NCBI GenBank assembly: GCA_043228905.1
Contig: JBHGNT010000014.1
Coordinates: 12,400,001-12,464,000, forward strand
Reading direction: 5' to 3'
DNA: 64,000 nt
Source: Azolla caroliniana
Taxonomy: Eukaryota > Plantae > Polypodiophyta
Within the stretch, counting starts at the first letter, position 1. The number at the start of each line of letters is the position of its first letter. The translations under genes and the position numbers were made by a program. Below are positions 23,215 to 36,029 of this stretch, one piece after another. The notes beneath the pieces were generated by a model. The model had not been told where the DNA came from. It did no database searches and saw only the letters and a list, made by a program, of their open reading frames with translations.

Positions 23215-24990
23215 TTAGGGCATCTCAAGTGATTCGTTCCTTATCCTCCAACATTCAACATCGTTGGCTTCCTCGTGCATGCCTGCGGCTGCATATATAT
23301 TTCTCATACAGACATATATTGAGGCATAGTTTCCATTCAATTTCAGTGACTGTTCAAAAGCCCATCTCCCAACCTCCACATTCACCCATTTGCAACAAGC
23401 ACCTAGAAGAGCCCACCAAAGTGGAAGCCTATGAGAAGAAATAGACACCTTCTCGATCAATCCTATCGCTTTGTCAAAACGTCCCACACAACTAAAAAGA
23501 TCAACCATACATGTATAATGTTCTAATGTTGGAGTGAGGTTCCAATGCATGGTGTCCATATCATCAAACACCCTTTGGCCCTCTTCTACTAAACCTTCAT
23601 GACTATGTGCATTCAACAGAGTCAGGAAAGTAATGATATCGGGTGTAATACGCTCTTCTTCCATCATTTTACCCAATAAGTTCAAAACCCTTTTCATCTG
23701 ACCCATTTGGCCATATCCAGCAATCAACGCATTCCACGATACAATATTTTGTACCGGAAGCTCATCGAAAACTTGTTGTGCTTTTCCAAGCATACCGCAT
23801 TTAGCATACATATCTACTATTGCAGTGCCGACCACTATATCTTTCTCTATGATTCCTAGCTTCATTACACGTTCATGTATCTCTTCTCCCATCTCAAGGT
23901 ACCCAATACTAGCACACGCTTTTAGAATGCAAATAAAGGTAACAACATTAGGAGATAGACCTTCATCTTGCATCATTGTGAACAAATTAGTTGCTTCATC
24001 ACAATAGCCATGTTGGACATATCCAGAAATCATTGCATTCCAACACACAACATCTCGTTTTCGAAGCTTTGAAAATACTTGTTCAGCTTTCTTGAGCATA
24101 TTACACTTTGCATACATATCAACCAAAGCATTGCCAACAATAACATTATTTTCTAGCAATTTTTGTCGATTTACCTCAGCGTGTACATATTCTCCCATCT
24201 CGAGCGATCCAGTGGCACTGCAAGCTTTCAAAAGGCAAACTAAGGTTATTGCATTTGGGGGAAAACCCTCTTGTTGCATCTTCTCAAAGCATTTTATAGC
24301 CTTCTCAACGAGACCCTGCTGGGCATAACCAGAAATCAACACATTCCAAGCTACGATATCATGCTTTGGAAGCTTTCCAAACACTTCCTGAGCTTTATTC
24401 ATCATATTACATCTAGCATACATATCCACGATGGAAGTACCAAGCACAATATCCCTTCTTAGAAGTCCTTTCTTTGTGACCTCCACACATATCTCTTCTC
24501 CCAACTCAACAAATCCTTTGCTACCACAAGCTTTCAAAACACAAATATATGTAACTTCATTCGGCGTTACACCTTCGTCCATCATTTGTTTGAAGAGATT
24601 TATTGCTTCATTTCCATGACCTTGTTGGGCGTATCCGGAGATGAGAGCATTCCACGTAACGACATTTCTGAGGGGAAGATTATCGAACAAATCTTGTGCT
24701 TCTGAAAGGGCAAAGCATTTCGTATACATACTGACCAATGCATTGCCCACAATGATGTCTCTCGCGAAGAGTTGTGTGTCATGGAGGAGGATATGGCCAT
24801 GGATTCTTCTGAGTTTGATCAGGTCCCTCTGTTTCCCACAAGATTTGATCAGGTGGAGGAGAGCTTTGGAATCTTTGACGATTTGCCGACCATGAAGATA
24901 AGGATGTTGGTGGTGATCATTATATTGAATGGAGAGGTTCTCAGGGTTGAGAGATGGCACAATCTTGTGAAGCTCTGTTTGCATCATCAT
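23215..24990 (-). CDS. PLS-class pentatricopeptide repeat protein with E domain (no DYW), probable organellar RNA-editing factor
   Basis: Intronless 591-aa ORF with repeated GNALVDMYAKC / VVSWNALISGYAQ / PNxITFxCxLKAC triplets, PTLEHYTCMVDLF and WALLGACC...IYVCMRNIYAAAG E motifs. Confidence 0.95.
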   Translation of the reverse strand: MMMQTELHKIVPSLNPENLSIQYNDHHQHPYLHGRQIVKDSKALLHLIKSCGKQRDLIKLRRIHGHILLHDTQLFARDIIVGNALVSMYTKCFALSEAQDLFDNLPLRNVVTWNALISGYAQQGHGNEAINLFKQMMDEGVTPNEVTYICVLKACGSKGFVELGEEICVEVTKKGLLRRDIVLGTSIVDMYARCNMMNKAQEVFGKLPKHDIVAWNVLISGYAQQGLVEKAIKCFEKMQQEGFPPNAITLVCLLKACSATGSLEMGEYVHAEVNRQKLLENNVIVGNALVDMYAKCNMLKKAEQVFSKLRKRDVVCWNAMISGYVQHGYCDEATNLFTMMQDEGLSPNVVTFICILKACASIGYLEMGEEIHERVMKLGIIEKDIVVGTAIVDMYAKCGMLGKAQQVFDELPVQNIVSWNALIAGYGQMGQMKRVLNLLGKMMEEERITPDIITFLTLLNAHSHEGLVEEGQRVFDDMDTMHWNLTPTLEHYTCMVDLFSCVGRFDKAIGLIEKVSISSHRLPLWWALLGACCKWVNVEVGRWAFEQSLKLNGNYASIYVCMRNIYAAAGMHEEANDVECWRIRNESLEMP

Positions 24991-25017
24991 GGCTTACGAT
25001 CAATCTCTCTCTCTCTC

Positions 25018-25044
25018 AATTTGGCCTTAGAAGACGTTAATATA
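25018..25044 (+). mobile_element. 27-bp extreme 3' tip of LINE subfamily B inside a (CT)n tract
   Basis: AATTTGGCCTTAGAAGACGTTAATATA plus TCTTTCTTTC matches the reverse complement of the LINE end at ~35408-35444. Confidence 0.75.
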
Positions 25045-26159
25045 TCTTTCTTTCTCTCTCTCTCTCTCTCTGTATGTGTGTAACCCCGGCCCAAAACTAC
25101 GAAAAGAGCTGTTTTGTATATTACCAGAAATACCCCTTGGTTTTCAAAATCCCCCAAAATACCCCTCGAATTTTGAAACCTTCAGTTTGCTCAGGCATTA
25201 GGGGGGGGGGGGGGGGGGTGTAATTCATATCATTACCAATTTACCATTATGATTCTCGTATGTGTGTGTGTGTATGTTACTTTGTGGAGCTTAGTAGCTT
25301 TTAATTAACATCTAATTAAGCTTCACTTATCAACCTGCTAATTGCTCGCCAATGCAAGCCCACAAGCCTTTACCAAAGAACCTCATTTGTTGTTCCTCCG
25401 AGCCTAATTAAATGAGCTATTGCAGTAAACTTTGAATATTTGTGTGGTCTATTCCTTCACCAGATTTGAGTAAACATCGAACATTGACCAAAACTTCCAA
25501 AGCAACAATTTATATGAGGGTAAAAAAGAAGCAAATTAAGCCCTCGATCGAAATGTTCCTAAATTTTAACATTTCTTGTGAAGATTATATGTCAAAGGAA
25601 AATATAGACTAACTTGAGGAGGGAAATATGATGTGTGTAAATGTTTGACCTTCCATCACTTGAGCGGGGCCTCATGTTCGATTCACACTTGCATAAATAT
25701 TTGTGACAGAAATGATTGGGGCGAGGACTATGTTGGGTGTGATAATGACCCATTTCATGGTGTCAATGAGTGTGAGACTAACAAGAACAATGCAACATAC
25801 ATTAAGTATGGGAGTGACAAACTCTATTTGGATTGAAGAGCTTGATAGCTTCCCAATACAAGGAGCCTCGTTCCATACATATATATGCACGCACACATTG
25901 TATTTAGAATACATGTCTCGAGTCACACTCTTGTGTGGAATGTATGTACATGTACTACTTTCTTGAGCTAAGCAAGCAAGCTATTAATCGATGAATACTG
26001 GTTTGGCTAATGAGGAGATGCAGAAAGCTAATTGTTACGAGTAATTCGCGATTACAAGGTGGGTGGTTTGATCAATTGGGCCGTCAACGACCACAAACAT
26101 TAAGCAACCTAATAATCATATATATATATATATAATTATATTTACATACACAACAATCC

Positions 26160-26198
26160 ATCAAACGAACAAACAAAATATTAAATAATCAAGTAAAT

Positions 26199-26256
<58 letters not shown>

Positions 26257-26440
26257 ACAAGTACATACATAGGTAAATAGATATACAATAAAATAGGTGA
26301 AGAAATAAATAAACAAGTAAATAAACAAGTAAATAAACAACAGACAAACAACCAACCAAATAAATAATTAATTAAGTAAACAAGAAGATAAAGAAAGCAA
26401 GCAAGAAATAAATAAGTAAATAAAAAAAGCAAATTAGTAA
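26160..26440. repeat. (TAAA)n / (CAAA)n low-complexity tract
   Basis: Perfect TAAA run near 26202-26256 decaying outward. Confidence 0.9.
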
Positions 26441-26469
26441 GTACAGATATCCTAGATAAACTTCCATCG

Positions 26470-26540
26470 CCAGGGAACCCTAATTTCTCACTCTGCATCA
26501 GAAAACCCTAATTTTTCCACAGAAGATAATCGTCCATCAG
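26470..26540 (+). promoter_or_regulatory. Probable ATG8 5' UTR exon with telo-box motifs
   Basis: AACCCTAA twice, CAG|GT donor at 26541 followed by pyrimidine tract; candidate acceptor AATCAG at 29173 just before the ATG. Confidence 0.45.
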
Positions 26541-28470
26541 GTTTTTGTTCTCTCTCCCTCCCTCCCTCCCTCCCTCCCTCCCTCGCTCTCTCTTCCCCCT
26601 CGTATTATTCTTTCGTTTGATACACTTTGTTTTTTCATAAAACGTGTCTTGTACTGTGTCTGTAGCTATGTGTATCCGTGCACGTGTGTTTCTGTGTTGG
26701 ATATATAAAGAGAATTTCCTACAGTACGAATAACCAGAGGGAAATACAGTATAACAGGACTTGCGCCATTGCTTTGCAGCATTCTAAAAGAAAACCATGA
26801 ATCCGAATGGTAAATAAAACAAGAGAAACTGAATCTATGAAACGAATAATGAAAGACAGTATAATTGAACTTGTGTTATCGTTAGAAAGTTATAAGGATT
26901 CAGAAATCAAAGGTTCAATTGGAAGGATCGATAGAAGAGTAAAAAATCAAATTAAAAGAAAATTGAAGAAATTTTCTCAATATATATCATGAAAAGAATG
27001 GTATAATGAAGTCATGTTGTCACTTTGCGTAATTGAAAGAAAATTCTCTATATACATCATGAAGAGAATGGTATAATGAAGTCATCTTGTCACTTCGTTA
27101 AAAATAAGAAAGCGCTTCACTGGAAGTATAAATAGTAGGAATTTGATTGTAGGATTTGTATTATCATGTGCTAGATTCTAAAGAAATAAGAAATATTCAT
27201 GGAGAAGGATAGATAGCACAATGAATCCGATGAGAAAAAGATGACAAATAAAGAAATTTCTGATGTAAGATAAACAGAACAGCCTAGAACTTGTGTTGCC
27301 ACTTTGCAAGCTGCTAAAAGAAACAAAGGTCGACCATGAAGGATGGATATAAAAATGAATCTGATGAAAGACAATTGAAGATTCTTATGAACAACAATAT
27401 TGAACGTGTGAAATATAGATAGAAGAATGAATCTTATGAAAGAAACATTTTAGAAATTTGCAATGATTTGAATCATGAAGAGTACGATATGAATTTGTAT
27501 TACTACTTGCTAAATGCTAAAATAACAGACTCATTGGGAAAGAGAGATAAATAATGAATCTGTACAAGATTTTCTCATCTTGAAAATCACAAAAAGAGAA
27601 GTATCTAGACTGTTCCTTATCACTTGCAAGTTGTGAAGAAAAACTAAGGTTCATCAAGAACGATGATAGATCAATGAATCCGATAAAAAAAAATCAAACC
27701 GAAGGATTTTGCATGCTGTGAATCATGAAGAGAACAGTATTGAGCTTGCACCATCACTTGCAATATGTTAAACTATAACAGAGCTTCATCCTGAAAGATA
27801 AATAGGAGGGTGATAGCTTTCTGAAGAATATGTGCTACAATTTGTGAAGGGAACAATATTGAACTTGAATTATTACTTGAAGTTGTTCCAATATGAAACT
27901 TTATATTGTACTGCTCTATACAATTCCCCTCATGCTTCATATTGTCAAATGTGTTATCATATGTGCTTTTTTCTTCTTCTATGTAAAGCTGCTATTATTT
28001 TTATAAATAGCAAGTGACCATACGAAGTCAATCCTGTTTTTGATGACTTGTATCATTAAAATTCTTCATTGGGATTCACTGTTTTCCTCTTCATTACGTT
28101 GCTTACTTTTAAAGTTTTTATTATAGCTAACAAGTCAAGAGAAGAACTTCTCCCTAGAACAATCACATCTGAAGTTTCCTCTAGAAATTTTCAGTTCTAT
28201 TTGTGTTCTAATTAATGCATGAAGATATTGTATTGTCAGGGTTTTTTAGTTGAGCCAGAAAAACCACATGCAATTACATTTAGAACTGGCTTATTCGTAT
28301 TTAATGTCTCTCATTTTTGCCCGGTAAGCATAAGATTATCATGTTTATTAATAATGCTAAAGAAGACTAGAAAATGAAATAAATTGATTTCCTATATACA
28401 ACTAGATGTTGCTCAGTAATTGGAATAATTTAAGAACCCTGGCGAAGAAACTATTTGTAAGATTCTCTGA

Positions 28471-29011
28471 ATGATTAATAATCACATGATTATCAATCAA
28501 GATTTTGAATTGTTGAACTTCCAAACCACATTCGGTTTTCACATGTAGAAAATAGTTGTATTCATATTTTTGGGTCTTTATTAATGAACATTCTTGTTTA
28601 GTAAATGATTAATAATCGCATGATTATCCATCAATATTTCTTAATTGTCGAACTTCCAAACCACATTAGGTTTATACATGTAGAAGATAGTTGAAATTCA
28701 TATTTTTGAGTCTTTATTAATGAACATTCTTATTTAGTAAATGATTAATAATCGCATGATTATCCATCAATATTTCTTAATTGTCGAACTTCCAAACCAC
28801 ATTAGGTCTATACATGTAGAAGATAGTTGAAATTCATATTTTTGAGTCTTTATTAATGAACATTCTTGTTTAATAAATGATTAATAATCACATGATTATT
28901 AACCAACATTTCTGAATTGATGAACATCCAAACCACATACGGTCTATACATGTAGAAAATAGTTGAATTCATATTTTCGGTCTTTATTAATTAATAACAT
29001 TCTTGTTTAGT
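28471..29011. repeat. Tandem repeat, four ~135-bp units
   Basis: Units start ATGATTAATAATC at 28471, 28605, 28741, 28877; middle two almost identical. Confidence 0.92.
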
Positions 29012-29196
29012 GTAATCCTTTGGAGATTGTTTTCAACTCAATAATCTCATGATATTCATAAAATATATAGGAATTATGGATTATTTGAACTGCTAAATAA
29101 GACTAGTTATTTTATGAGATTGTTTTGGTATGCCATCGTTTTCTGACCTAATAATCACAAGATTGTTAATCAGGATTTTTTATTTTTGGTGAAAAG

Positions 29197-30507
29197 ATGG
29201 CTAAAGGTTCTTTCAAGAAGGAGCATGATCTAGGTTTGGTGCAAATGTGTATTTGTTTTATGATTACTGTATGTACATGTTTTTGTTTTGTCTAATGAGC
29301 AACATTTCATTGTGAGCTTTTTGAACCAGAGAAGAGAAAGGCAGAATCTGCACGAATTCGGGAGAAATATTTTGATCGTATCCCTGTAAGTTCTAATCTA
29401 ACTATTATGTTCAGTTCGGGAGAAATATTTTGATTGTATCCCTGTAAGTTCTAACTTAACTATTATGTATGCTCTATCAGCATTTTTACACACAGTATTG
29501 TCAGTTTTGTTGTGTTAATAGTAGTAACTTAGATTATAAAGCTTTTAACCCTTGACACACTAAAAACTTATGTTTCATCTTTCTCTCAAATTAAATCTAA
29601 AGTTTTTTGTGCTAAGTTCTTATGAATTTCTGGCATTTTTAAGATTTTCTGCTCTCCAATTCCTGTAAATTTATGTTATAATCTCGTATAATCACATGTA
29701 GTTCCACTGATTAGTGGAAAACAATTTTTTGAACATTATTTGCATCCACATGGACAAAAGAGACATGATCTTGAACTCCATTCCTTCTGCTACAGGTCAT
29801 AGTTGAGAAAGCTGAAAGAAGTGACATTCCGGATATCGACAAAAAGAAGTAGCTTTACTTTACTCTATTATAAAATCAAAATTTACTTCTTACATATTTA
29901 CCATTGCCTCAGGTTTTTGAAAATTCTGAGAATATCCTGTATTGTTGTAAAGTTTGCATTGTTCAGGGGGTATTAACGTAAATTTTGGAAACTTAGGGGA
30001 TTCCTGTAAATATCTAACAAGTTGTGGATGTTAAATTGTTTTCTCCTGCTTTTTATCTCGCTTAACTATTTCATATTGCCTACTTAATCAGGTACCTTGT
30101 TCCTATTGATCTAACTGTTGGCCAATTTGTATATGTGATCCGTAAACGAATCAAACTTAATGCTGAGAAGGCCATCTTTATCTTTGTTGATAACGTATTG
30201 CCACCCACAGGTATAGATAAAAGTGAATGCTTTATTTTTCTTGATGTGATAGACTTTATAGTTTCCTCAAGTGGTAACATACAGTTTCCTAAAGTAGAAG
30301 CTATAGTGGGGATGTATGTTGTAATCTACATTTCTTTGCTTTGACCTTGACACTAGAGAGAAACTATGTGTTTAATAAATTAATGGTATAATTAGTTTTA
30401 TCCTTGATTTTGCAGCTGCTCTTTTGTCTTCTATATATTCAGAACATAAAGATGAAGATGGTTTCCTATATGTGACATATAGTGGGGAGAACACATTTGG
30501 GTCATGA
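29197..30507 (+). CDS. ATG8: Autophagy-related protein 8 (118 aa, five coding exons)
   Basis: join(29197-29233,29330-29385,29796-29848,30092-30210,30416-30507), all GT-AG: [53 protein letters not shown]...[18 protein letters not shown]. Confidence 0.97.
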
Positions 30508-30899
30508 TGAGATGTGAAAAGGATTCAACCTTTTTCCGCAATAATACACTTCTATGTTTTGCTGGTTTTTATTTTGTGAACCTCTGCAATATTCGTGTAC
30601 AAACTCGATGTATATGTATATAATATCTTCATCACGCAAGAGGTGTAGGACCAACAAACTGTATGTATATGTACATAATATCTTCATCATGCAATAGGTG
30701 TAGGACCAACTTTGTAAATATATTTAAGGAAAGTAATCATTCTTGATGCACTTTTAGAGTGCATAGTTTTATTTCAAGTACGTTTTCTTGTGAGCCATTC
30801 ATGTTTATCATTCTTTTTTGTAATTGTATGTTTGGCTTATTGTATAAAATTGCTTAGGAGGTTTTGTGCCTTTCCCAAGCTACTTTCCCATTAGTTAGG

Positions 30900-32670
30900 A
30901 GAGATTATTACAAAAAGACTATACAAGGTGGCTTATACACAAATCAGGGAATCACCCTCCAATTGAGTTCAAGAGTATGAGACTACGTAGATAGCCTTTC
31001 AAACTGACTACTTAAAGTAGATACCTATAGCTAAAAACGGTGCCCTTCAGCACTGGCCAGTACAAGTCGAATCCTATTGCCTACAATGGAGGGAGGGTGG
31101 GAGGTGAGTAAGAAACTACCAACATGGGGGTTGGTTTGGGCCGTTTTTGCCTTGCGTGACCATCGGAGTGTTTCGCCATTTTTGCCAGATGCATTAACAA
31201 GCAGTGACCATGTTGTTGGAGTGGCCGCAAACCTCGTCCAATTGCCCTCGTATGCGGTTGATAATCCCAAACAATATATACTTGATTAGTTCCTCCAGGG
31301 AGTGTGCTTTCCATACATACCATAGGGTGAAGCTTGCGATCAACATCCAAATCTCCTGGAACCGAGGGGATGTAGTCTGCAAGCCTCTTTGAAATCGGGT
31401 CTTGACGATTTTACCTCTCATGCATTCATAACACCAATTGTCTACATTGAAGGCATCTGTCCAGCTATCAATCGAGTGATCGATCCAACCGTAGCATTCC
31501 ATGATGCTGTTCCTTCCACCTCATATGCAGCAAGGAGGCGAGCCACTCTATCCCATACCTTTCGAGCTTGAGGGTAGTCCCATAGATAGTGTCTTAGAGT
31601 CTCAATAGGTGAAGAGAAAAGTGGGCAAACTATTGGGCTGCCATGTTTACATAGCTATTCTTCAACGAAGACCACATTATGGCCGATTTGCCACCAAAAG
31701 CGCTTGAACTTTTTAGGCATGTGGATACGCCAGAGACCCTTCCAAAAGGTATTGAACACCTCGTCAGGGATGCCCAATGTCTGCTAGCCATTGCGTAGGG
31801 GACTGTCTAATTGCAACTGTAAAGTTCGACCGAATTTGTGTTGTATTTGAAGAAGTGGCGCAGTCTGCCGTCGTGTCGTGTTTCCACCTAAAATCCCTTG
31901 GGTCCCATTCTAGTTCGACTTGTTTGCAACATAGATTGACAACTTCTAGTGGGGTTCCACCTTAACAACATCCGGGTTTGTCTTCCAGATGTTACCAACC
32001 TATGCCACCACTTGGACTGCGTGCCAAGTGCCCTTGATCTAGCTCTCCCCAAATACTATAACTCCTACATATCTGCTCAAGCCCTTCAACAACTTAACCG
32101 TTCCAACCTCATCAAGAGACCAAACCATGCATCTCCTCTCATCTCCCCCATTGGAACCCTGTCAACTGCCTTTGCTTTCAATCTCCTCATTTTCATAGCT
32201 CCCTTGAGGGGAGGGAGTGGGTCCTCCTGTGCTCTTCCTAGAGCAACCATGCATCTCCAATCGCCTATAGAGTGGAGCCTTGTCTGTGCTAGCTTTTCCC
32301 ATGCTAGGCCCTTAAGCTGCCCTAACATCATGTTGTCACTTCAGTCACTCGTTCGCACTTGAGGATTCCAAAATAATGGTTGTCTAGTCCATTCGATTAG
32401 TGTCTCCGGGGTGTGCTTGACAAATTGTTGTCGCATGTGACCCCATGCTCGCAAGATGTAGTTTGTTACCCTATCCTTTGGCTGACAGACCATCTTGGGT
32501 GGGATGCCGTTCATGCGACACCAATTCAAGGAGTCAGGCCAAGGCCTACCGTACTTGGGCGTCCTTGCTTGCAACTTGTTGCGAAGGAGTACCTTCCAAC
32601 ACTCCTTACCTGGTAGGAGGCACTGAACCACCATTTTGGTTAACAATATTCGACTCTACATTAAGGGGTC
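30900..32670 (-). mobile_element. L1-type LINE 3' fragment, degenerate
   Basis: zf-RVT-like CPLF...ETLRHYLW...ARKVW and IWMLIASFTLWYVWKA segments; ends approximate. Confidence 0.7.
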
Positions 32671-32674
32671 TATG

Positions 32675-32967
32675 AGTTAGGGATTGACAATGGCTCGGCT
32701 CAAGCCTAAACCGTTTAGCTAAACGGTTATGCCGACTAGCCGACCCTTATGTCGACTGTCCAGTTGGCCCAACTAGTCAGCGTTGTCGTCGACCATCCAG
32801 TCGGTCTTGTCTTCAGACTTCGATTTGGATCATCTACTATCGACTCTCACCATGTCTTCGACTGTCAGCTCTCAGCTCGACCAATCGACGTCTCCTTGTC
32901 TTCAATTGCTGGCTCTTTACTCAGCTGAATAATCGGCTCCTCCCGCAGGAGGGACATATTCCTAACA
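32675..32967 (-). mobile_element. Partial Copia LTR
   Basis: Ends GGCTCCTCCC...GAGGGACATATTCCTAACA like LTR 40193-40809. Confidence 0.65.
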
Positions 32968-35288
32968 CTTAGATGTAAAAACGACCTTCCTCAATGACGC
33001 ACTAGAGGAGGAAATATACATGGGGCAACCGAAATGCTTCATTGCAGCCGACCAAGAGCATCTATTCTGTCGACTCAAGAAGAGTCTTTATGGCCTAAAG
33101 CAGGCACCTTGACAATGGTATAAGAAGTTCGACGATTTTATCCAATCGGTCGGTTTCTCAAAGAGCGATAAAGAACATTGCCTCTTAATGAAAACAACTC
33201 AAGATGGGTCTCCCATATTCCTCATCTTATACGTGGATGACATGCTACTCTCTGACCGCCATGCTGGAGAACTTGCCGATCTTGTCCAGCAACTGTGGTT
33301 GAAGGTCGCAATGAAGGACCTAGGTCCTGCTTGACACATTCTCGGAATGAAGATTAGTAGACTCTGGAATCAACGACAATTGTTTTTGTCTCAAGTTGAC
33401 TACATCAAACGTGCCTTGGAGCGCTCCAACATGCACTCAGTCAAATCTGCTTCGACCCCACTCCCCATTAATCTTCGGTTGTCTCAGCGAGATTGCCCTA
33501 CATCTGGTCCGGAGGGGGAAGATATGAAGTCGATACCGTATGCACCGGCAATCGGCTCCTTGATGTACGCGATGGTTGCGACATGACCTAACATTGCTCA
33601 CGCCATAGTAGTCGTCGGCAAATTCATGCACAACCCAGGTCGATTGCATTTGAATGCAATCAAGGTAGGCACACACGACCTTCGCATCCTCTTTAGTTCG
33701 TACAAGAACCCAGACATAGTCGGTTACACTGACTCGGAATTGTGGACAATCGAAAGTCAACAATCAGATACTGCTTCAAATTCGGCAATGGAGCAATTTC
33801 GTGGAAGTCGAAACTTCAGGAGTGCATGATGCAATGAAAAAGGCTCTATGGCTCGGTCGGTTGACGTGTACGTTTCGACAAGTCAATCCCAATTTGGCTC
33901 CAGTCTACAATGATAGTCAGGGTGCTATGCCTTGTCAAAGAATCCGGTTCATCACAACGCCTCCAAGCATATCGATGTTAGGTATCACTTTGTTCGGGAT
34001 TGTGTAACTTTAGGAAAGCTCGGCCTCAAGAAGATCTCCACGACCGACAACATATCAAATGGGATGACCAAGTGTCTCGCAACTGATCAATTTCGGTCCC
34101 TTCGGAACTATATGGGCTTAAGGAGCATTCAGTTTGATTGAGTCAGAAAACAGAGATAGCTTCGACCACTCGCCTGACAGACGAACCGGCTTCTGCACTC
34201 TAACAAGTTGAACTTGGCCTTTTTCCCTCTCAATTTCTATTGATTCGGCCACATGCTTATCTTCTCAAGAATCTCTTTGTATAACATGTACATCCTGTTT
34301 CATATTACAAGTTTCTCCATAGTGTATACGCCCATTACGGGGGAGTGTCGAATAAGGGTGTATAATGGCCGTATTCACACTAGCCTTTGAACAAATAGAC
34401 GGGAAAATACGCGGATTAATCTCTGGCAACAACCGAAGCGTAGATCACTTGATGACAATCAAAAACCACAGACTAAATGGGAATGGAGGTAAGTCGACAA
34501 AATAGAAAGAGAATACACAGGATATTAACGTGGAAAACCCTGAGAGGGAAAAACCACGGGAGTCCACAGACTCCAAACTATCACTCTGTAAAGTAATACA
34601 ACAGGGAGCATAGAGGCAACGACCTCTTGCTCACAATCTTTGCCTAGCGGCGGTTACAACAGAGACACAATCTCTGTATGTCGCTCTCTCTCTCTCTCTC
34701 ACTTACGCACTGTACAGAGGTTACACCAATAACTCCATCATCATCACTATTAAGTTTGCCCTAGGTCATATTTATACTAATATGACTTTCGGGCTATTTA
34801 TAAATATAGCCCTAGTGGGCTCTTTGGAACATATTTACATATATGTCCCTTCCATCCAATGAGAGGTTCTCACCGGGCCTACAACATCCGGTTCTCACCG
34901 GGTCTTTCGTTGCCGGGTACTCCACATCCAGATTCGGCCGAAGCCTATCGGCCTTGGCCGAGTTTCTCATCAACACTGTTCTTCTCACTTCCCATCCGGA
35001 GGGACCTATTTGCTAACACAAACTAGGTTTAGGACATTAATGTAAATATATCAAAGGGCAGTTGCCCTAGCTCAATTAGTATATAACTAGCTTTGTAACC
35101 TAACTCATAAAGTTGTTGTTGTGGTTGTTGCCTCCATTCTATTGTAAATATAAGATTGAATAATACAATTACATATTGTGTGCCATTCTCTATCTCTCTC
35201 ACTCTCACTCTATCTCTTTGATCTTGCTCTACCATGCTAACTTGGTGATCTTCTATTCATAGATGCTATTCTTGTTTTCGCATTGACA
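32968..35288 (+). mobile_element. Degenerate Copia 3' half (RT, RNase H, PPT, 3' LTR)
   Basis: LDVKTTFL, LKKSLYGLKQAP, LYVDDML, PYAPAIGSLMYAM, HNASKHIDVRYHFVR; PPT GGGGGAG then LTR 34346-35288 (TGTCGAA...TTGACA) split by a solo LTR. Confidence 0.85.
34397..35018 (-). mobile_element. Solo Copia LTR nested in another LTR
   Basis: (A)GACGGGAA...GGAGGGACCTATTTGCTAACA, shares ACGTGGAAAACCC and TATTTATACTAATATGACTTT with the 42305/46620 LTRs; TSD CAAAT/CAAAC. Confidence 0.75.
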
Positions 35289-35333
35289 GTCTTAGACTCC
35301 AATGCTGTTGAGTGACGCATCTTCACATAGATT

Positions 35334-35396
<63 letters not shown>

Positions 35397-35416
35397 AAAG
35401 AAAGAAAGAAAGAAAG

Positions 35417-36029
35417 ATATATTAACGTCTTCTAAGGCCAAATTTGGCCCATGAGACAAATAGGTTACAACAAAAAATGAGTGTTTATCTAATCATCAAA
35501 ACTAAAAATAAAAGAAAATAGCTTAAGCTAAGAAAGTTCTAGTAGTGTACAAAAACTTTGCACCAAGCCTAATCTCATTTCCACCCAAGTCTCTCAAAAA
35601 GAAGTGGGAGGTCAAAAGTTTTTGGTGTGGGTGTGACCCATGGTCCCGATGCATAGAGTGCCCTAGCCATGGCTTCTAGGCGGTGTAGTTCACGTTCCCT
35701 TATTTTCTTTATTGCTTCTACATCTCGTCGAGTTGCTTTGAAACCCGGCATCCGAGGGCGTTTGGTTCTTCTTTGATTTTCTGCTTCATCAAGGAGAAGT
35801 CCGAGTGGTGCAGGTGTGTCGACATTCATTGTCTCCCCCTGTTCCTGAAAAACTTCATTTGTTATATGTTAGTAAACATTAGCAACATTATTATCAACGT
35901 TTTGTAATTTGTTCTCTCTGTGGTGTTTCAATTCTAAGATGTATCTACCTAATTTCTTTATATCTAGTGTATCTAATAGTTTAGGGAGGGTGGGAGAGGA
36001 GCCAAGTATGTCTTGGTATTTTGACCAAC

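Noticed and set aside
25633-25966. Short ORFs between PPR and ATG8
   Set aside because: No motif, splice support or family resemblance.
26161-26498. Hydrophobic LFIY-repeat ORFs
   Set aside because: Translations of the (TTTA)n microsatellite.
35830-35875. Splice-acceptor-like TTTTTCAG before the 84-aa ORF, suggesting a host exon
   Set aside because: The ORF is in frame with the LINE ORF and lies inside the LINE boundaries.
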